Made by a program: the position numbers and the translations under genes
Notes under the pieces: model-generated
What the model saw: the letters and a program-made list of their open reading frames with translations, nothing else
Told to the model about the DNA's origin: nothing
Database searches by the model: none
Assembly: GCA_002399785.1 (NCBI GenBank)
Contig: DHEH01000010.1
Coordinates: 134,833 to 198,832 of the forward strand
From: Bacillales bacterium UBA4855
GTDB taxonomy: Bacteria > Bacillota_I > Bacilli_A > RFN20 > CAG-826
Length of the DNA stretch: 64,000 bases
Reading direction: 5' to 3'
Part shown: in pieces, positions 60,289-64,000 of the stretch
Layout of the letters: each line of letters begins with the position of its first letter
How positions within the stretch are numbered: position 1 is the stretch's first letter

Positions 60289-61120
60289 TTAACCTCCAGC
60301 AGCCTCAGCATGTTTAATCATGACGTGATTGGCATAAACTGAAATAACATAAATAACGATTGTCCAGAGTAAACTTTAAGATATTTTTATCAATGATTCA
60401 TAAATTGTGTAATTACCTAAATAAATGTTTACAGGAGTTGAAGATAATCCGCTAAAAGGTAAATAATTTAGAGTTTCTTGAATCCAACTTGGGAAAAAAG
60501 AAAATGGGATCATCGCACCTGAAAGAAAACTAAAAATAGTCATCTTAATAATGTAAATTCCAAATAAGGAGTTAGTTAAAAAGCCAAACTGACCTAATAA
60601 AAAATCAAAAGAATCAAATAAAATTAAAGCGCATATACCACTAACCAAGTAAAAAATTATGTTATACCGTTCAGGAAACGGAACATGCAAAACAAAAGTC
60701 AATAGAATTGTTGCAATTACATAAATAGGAAGTGCAAAAAGACAAAAATTTGCAATAGAAGTTCCAATACTTCACGATAAACATCTTCCTCTATATGAAA
60801 CCGGCCTTGTTAAGGAGACGGCAATATTGCCATCTCTAATATCATCAGTAAGTATATCGAAAGATGATGATTGAGTAATCCATAATCCAGAAATCAAAAC
60901 AATTGTTTGATAATAAATCATTTGACTATAGGTAAAACCATTAATTTGGGCATCTAATCCACCGGCTTCTTCATAAATTGCAAACCATAAAAAAACAAGT
61001 AATACTAAAGATAATAGGCTTTGAACAACCCAACCAACAATTTCAAATTTAAATGCAAAAAACATTTAAAATTGAACCTTTAATAAAACCTCTATATTTT
61101 TTAAATCGATTTATTTGCAT
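60289..61120 (-). pseudogene. ABC-2 type permease, disrupted
   Basis: ATG 61120; frameshift in the T6 run at 61057-61062; in-frame TGA at 60772-60774 and TAA at 60376-60378; ends ...AAGG*; I.DG.IA..L.RP motif. Confidence 0.8.
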
Positions 61121-62099
61121 ATATAGTTTTAACGATTGTTTCTAAAGACATTCCTCCAACTTTTAAATCTTGAATTTCGAATTTTTCAGTTAAATAACCA
61201 AAAATCTTTTGTACTTTGATGCGATCTGCATCATAAGTAAATTCGTAATATCCAGTATCTTTAAATTCAATGCTAATATCATTAGAAAAATCAGCTTTTA
61301 CTTTTTCAATATCAACTTTTGAACTCGTTAAAATAAAAATATGTCGTAAATCACCAATTTTTCTCTTTATATCATTTATCGAACCATCATAAAGTAAATA
61401 ACCTTCATCAATAATTATCACTAGATTACAAAGTTTTTGAATATCTTTCATATCATGTGTGGTTAAAATTATTGTCGTATTAAATTCCTTATTAATTTTT
61501 AAAATTGCTTGAGTAATTTTATCTTTAACTAAAACATCAAGGTCAATCGTTGGCTCGTCTAAAAAGAGTATCTTTGGATTATGAATTAAAGCGGCAGCTA
61601 AGTCAGCTCTCATTCTTTGTCCTAAATATAAATTTCGCACTTGCGATAACATTATTGGTTCTAGATTCAATAAATCAGATAAATATTTAAGTCTTTCATC
61701 ATCTTCTTTTTTTGGAATATCATAAATATCGCGGTAAAGATCAAACGAATCACGCAAAGGTAAATCCCACCACAATTGCGTTCTTTGGCCAAAAACAACC
61801 CCAATATCTTTAAGCAGTCCTTTTCTGTCTTTACTATTATAAGGCTTCTTACCATCAAAAAGAATTTCGCCTTTAGTTGGAGTCAAAATCCCGGTCATCA
61901 TTTTTATAGTAGTTGATTTTCCGGCTCAGTTTGAGCCGATATATCCTACAATTTCTCCATCTTTAATCGTAAAAGAAATATCATCAACAGCTTTTTTTAC
62001 AATTTTTTTATGCGTAAAAATAGTTTTAATGGCCCCCTTAAAACCGGGTTCACGCAATGGTTTGCTAAAATATTTTGAGACATTTTTTACTTCAATCAT
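61101..62099 (-). pseudogene. ABC transporter ATP-binding protein with a nonsense codon in Walker A
   Basis: MIEVKNVSK...GYIGSN*AGKST (TGA at 61926-61928); signature LYLGQRMR and DEPTIDLD also altered. Confidence 0.85.
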
Positions 62100-62195
62100 A
62101 TATTTGTCCTTTTTATTTCTAAATTAAAACAAAACAATTTATTTACCACATTTTGCCTCAGGCAAAAAGATAATTATGTAAGAATTGTGCAAAAT

Positions 62196-62945
62196 CTATC
62201 TTAATCGTGGATCAATATTTTTGATCTTATAAAAGACAATTCCTGCCGCCACACCGACATTAAGAGAGTCAATACTATTTATTGAAATAAAAATTCTTGA
62301 ATCGCTAATTTTTAAAAGCTCTTCGCAAATTCCATTACCTTCATTTCCAAAAAGCAAAACCATTTTTGGAGGTAATTGATTGAAATCGTTAATATTGATC
62401 GTATCTTTTCCTAAAGAAGTAGAAATTATTTTATATCCATCTTCTTTTAAACTTTTAATAACACTTTTGTTTTCAATAGAAACATTTAATTTAAAGATAG
62501 AACCTTGAGAAGCTTGAATTACTTTTGAATTAAAAATGGAAGCAGTATCGTCGCTTAAAATTATGTCTTTAAAACCAAAAGCTAAAGCACTCCTTAAAAT
62601 AGTTCCAACATTTCCTGGATCTTGAATATTATCTAAATAAACTAAAATATTCGAATTTCTATCAATTGTTTTTATAGTTGAATTAATAATTCCGATAACT
62701 TTTGCAGGGGATTTTCCAGAACTAAGCTTTTCCATAATCTCTTTCGAAACTATATATTGAGTAATCTTATTATCAAGTTTCATAGGTTTAAGAACAAAAA
62801 CTTCAATTAATTCGTCTTTTGCCATCTCAATTAGATGTTCAGATTCAATTATTAATTTATTTTCTTTTTTACTAAAAGAAGCATCTTTTAATTTGTATGC
62901 ATATTTAATTATTTCGTTTTTAAGTGAACTTATTTCTTTAATCAT
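62196..62945 (-). CDS. TrmH/SpoU family RNA methyltransferase
   Basis: IQDPGNVGTILRSA, GNEGNG, SLNVGVAAG. Confidence 0.93.
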   Translation of the reverse strand: MIKEISSLKNEIIKYAYKLKDASFSKKENKLIIESEHLIEMAKDELIEVFVLKPMKLDNKITQYIVSKEIMEKLSSGKSPAKVIGIINSTIKTIDRNSNILVYLDNIQDPGNVGTILRSALAFGFKDIILSDDTASIFNSKVIQASQGSIFKLNVSIENKSVIKSLKEDGYKIISTSLGKDTININDFNQLPPKMVLLFGNEGNGICEELLKISDSRIFISINSIDSLNVGVAAGIVFYKIKNIDPRLR

Positions 62946-63592
62946 TTTACAATACCTCTTTTTAACTTACGATCTAAGTCATCATAATTTGGACAATATT
63001 TATAAACTATTTTATAAAAATTTTTTTGATGATTAAACTCAAAATGATGAGCTAATTCATGAATAATAACACTATCAATAATTTCTGGATCATAATGAAT
63101 TAGTTCTAAATTAAAAGTTATGGTGTGAGTTTTTTTAATATTACATCCATACCTAGTAGTAGATTTTCTAAGTTTTAAATTATATAAAGGCATAACATTC
63201 ATAATTTCTTCAAAATATTTAAGTCTTTCATCAAAATATGGCTTAACAATTTTATTAACCTTTTTATAAAAATCTTCAGGCGTTGAATATAAAATATTGT
63301 GATTTAAAACTTTGATAAAGCCTTCTTCAAAATTGACAAATTCGCCAAAAATATACATCCCATTTTCTTTAATTAAAACTTTTTTATATTTTTGGTTTCT
63401 TTTAATTAATGTTACTGCATATTTATCTAAAAAATTTGAAACAAACGAATCAGTTGCTGTTAAGTTTGTAGAAATATAAAAAACATCGTCTTTTAAACGA
63501 ATATATGAATTTCTTTGGAATGCTTTTTTATCAATTTTTACTTTGTAGATTTTTCCATCAATAATTACTTCAGATTCGCTGCTTTTTAACAT
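62942..63592 (-). CDS. YgjP/DUF45-like zinc metallopeptidase-family protein
   Basis: RYGC, ITFNLEL, IDSVIIHELAH, NHQKNFY. Confidence 0.85.
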   Translation of the reverse strand: MLKSSESEVIIDGKIYKVKIDKKAFQRNSYIRLKDDVFYISTNLTATDSFVSNFLDKYAVTLIKRNQKYKKVLIKENGMYIFGEFVNFEEGFIKVLNHNILYSTPEDFYKKVNKIVKPYFDERLKYFEEIMNVMPLYNLKLRKSTTRYGCNIKKTHTITFNLELIHYDPEIIDSVIIHELAHHFEFNHQKNFYKIVYKYCPNYDDLDRKLKRGIVK

Positions 63593-63702
63593 AATAAAAG
63601 TATAAAAGATTTGAATAAAAAAAGGTAGTTAATAAATAAATCTTATTTTTATAGTAAAATAGACTTGATTTAATTATAATAATCAAGGTTTAAAAGGTAA
63701 TT

Positions 63703-64000
63703 ATGGAAACGATATTAATGAGCGCATGCCTACTGGGCGAAAATACAAGATATGATGGTAAAAACAACTACGACAAAAGGATTGAAGATATCAAGAAAAA
63801 ATTTGATATCGTTCCTGTTTGTCCAGAAGTTCTTGGAGGATTAAAAACTCCACGTTTTCCAAGCGAAATTAAGAATTCTTTTGTATACAATAACCAAGGA
63901 AAAGATGTTACAAATCATTTCGTTGATGGGGCAATGAAAGTTTTAAATGCTGTTCACTTCTTCCATATTAAAATCGCTGTACTTGTTGAAAAAAGCCCAA
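63703..64000 (+). CDS. DUF523 / 2-thiouracil desulfurase-family protein (partial, runs off window)
   Basis: METILMSACLLGENTRYDG...VCPEVLGGL.TPR...KDVT..F..GA; not in the ORF track. Confidence 0.85.
   Translation, partial: METILMSACLLGENTRYDGKNNYDKRIEDIKKKFDIVPVCPEVLGGLKTPRFPSEIKNSFVYNNQGKDVTNHFVDGAMKVLNAVHFFHIKIAVLVEKSP

Noticed and set aside
61926-61928. TGA at a Gly position in Walker A, plus an in-frame TGA at 60772-60774, suggesting TGA recoding (code 4 or 25)
   Set aside because: Both lie in genes with other lesions (a TAA stop, a frameshift, motif substitutions). No housekeeping gene has an internal TGA, and TGA acts as a stop in ATGA overlaps at 29903 and 62942.
1-64000. tRNA (including a CCG-anticodon tRNA), rRNA, CRISPR array, IS or prophage genes
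   Set aside because: I saw no cloverleaf/T-loop motif, regularly spaced repeats, transposase or phage genes. The decoding tRNA must lie outside this window.

Overview
AT-rich chromosomal window from a reduced-genome, Mollicute-like member of the Bacilli. The lineage call rests on an L27 with a Prp-cleaved N-terminal extension, T-box riboswitches and a minimal mraZ-rsmH-ftsA-ftsZ cluster. Most genes are housekeeping genes on the minus strand: recJ, secDF, ruvAB, obg, rplU-prp-rpmA, valS, engB, lon, tig, uvrC, mutS2, rnhC, lspA, ileS, malQ, ftsZ/A, rsmH, mraZ, pheST and purAB. The strongest signal is a non-standard genetic code. In-frame CGG codons sit at positions that are invariant or strongly conserved Trp (PurA QWGDEGKG and GW, PurB KWxHYGLTS, MalQ WxxW), while CGA, AGG and TGA behave normally, so CGG very likely encodes Trp. 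Other notable items: an unannotated 59-aa peptide gene with a bacteriocin-like leader; a SecDF that appears to lack its proton-coupling residues; an AT-rich operon of a secreted protein plus an ABC transporter; a membrane-anchored protein built from about 35-aa repeats; and a decayed ABC/rhamnose region containing an in-frame permease::RhaA deletion fusion. I found no rRNA, tRNA, CRISPR array or transposase. All product calls come from motif recognition, not database searches.
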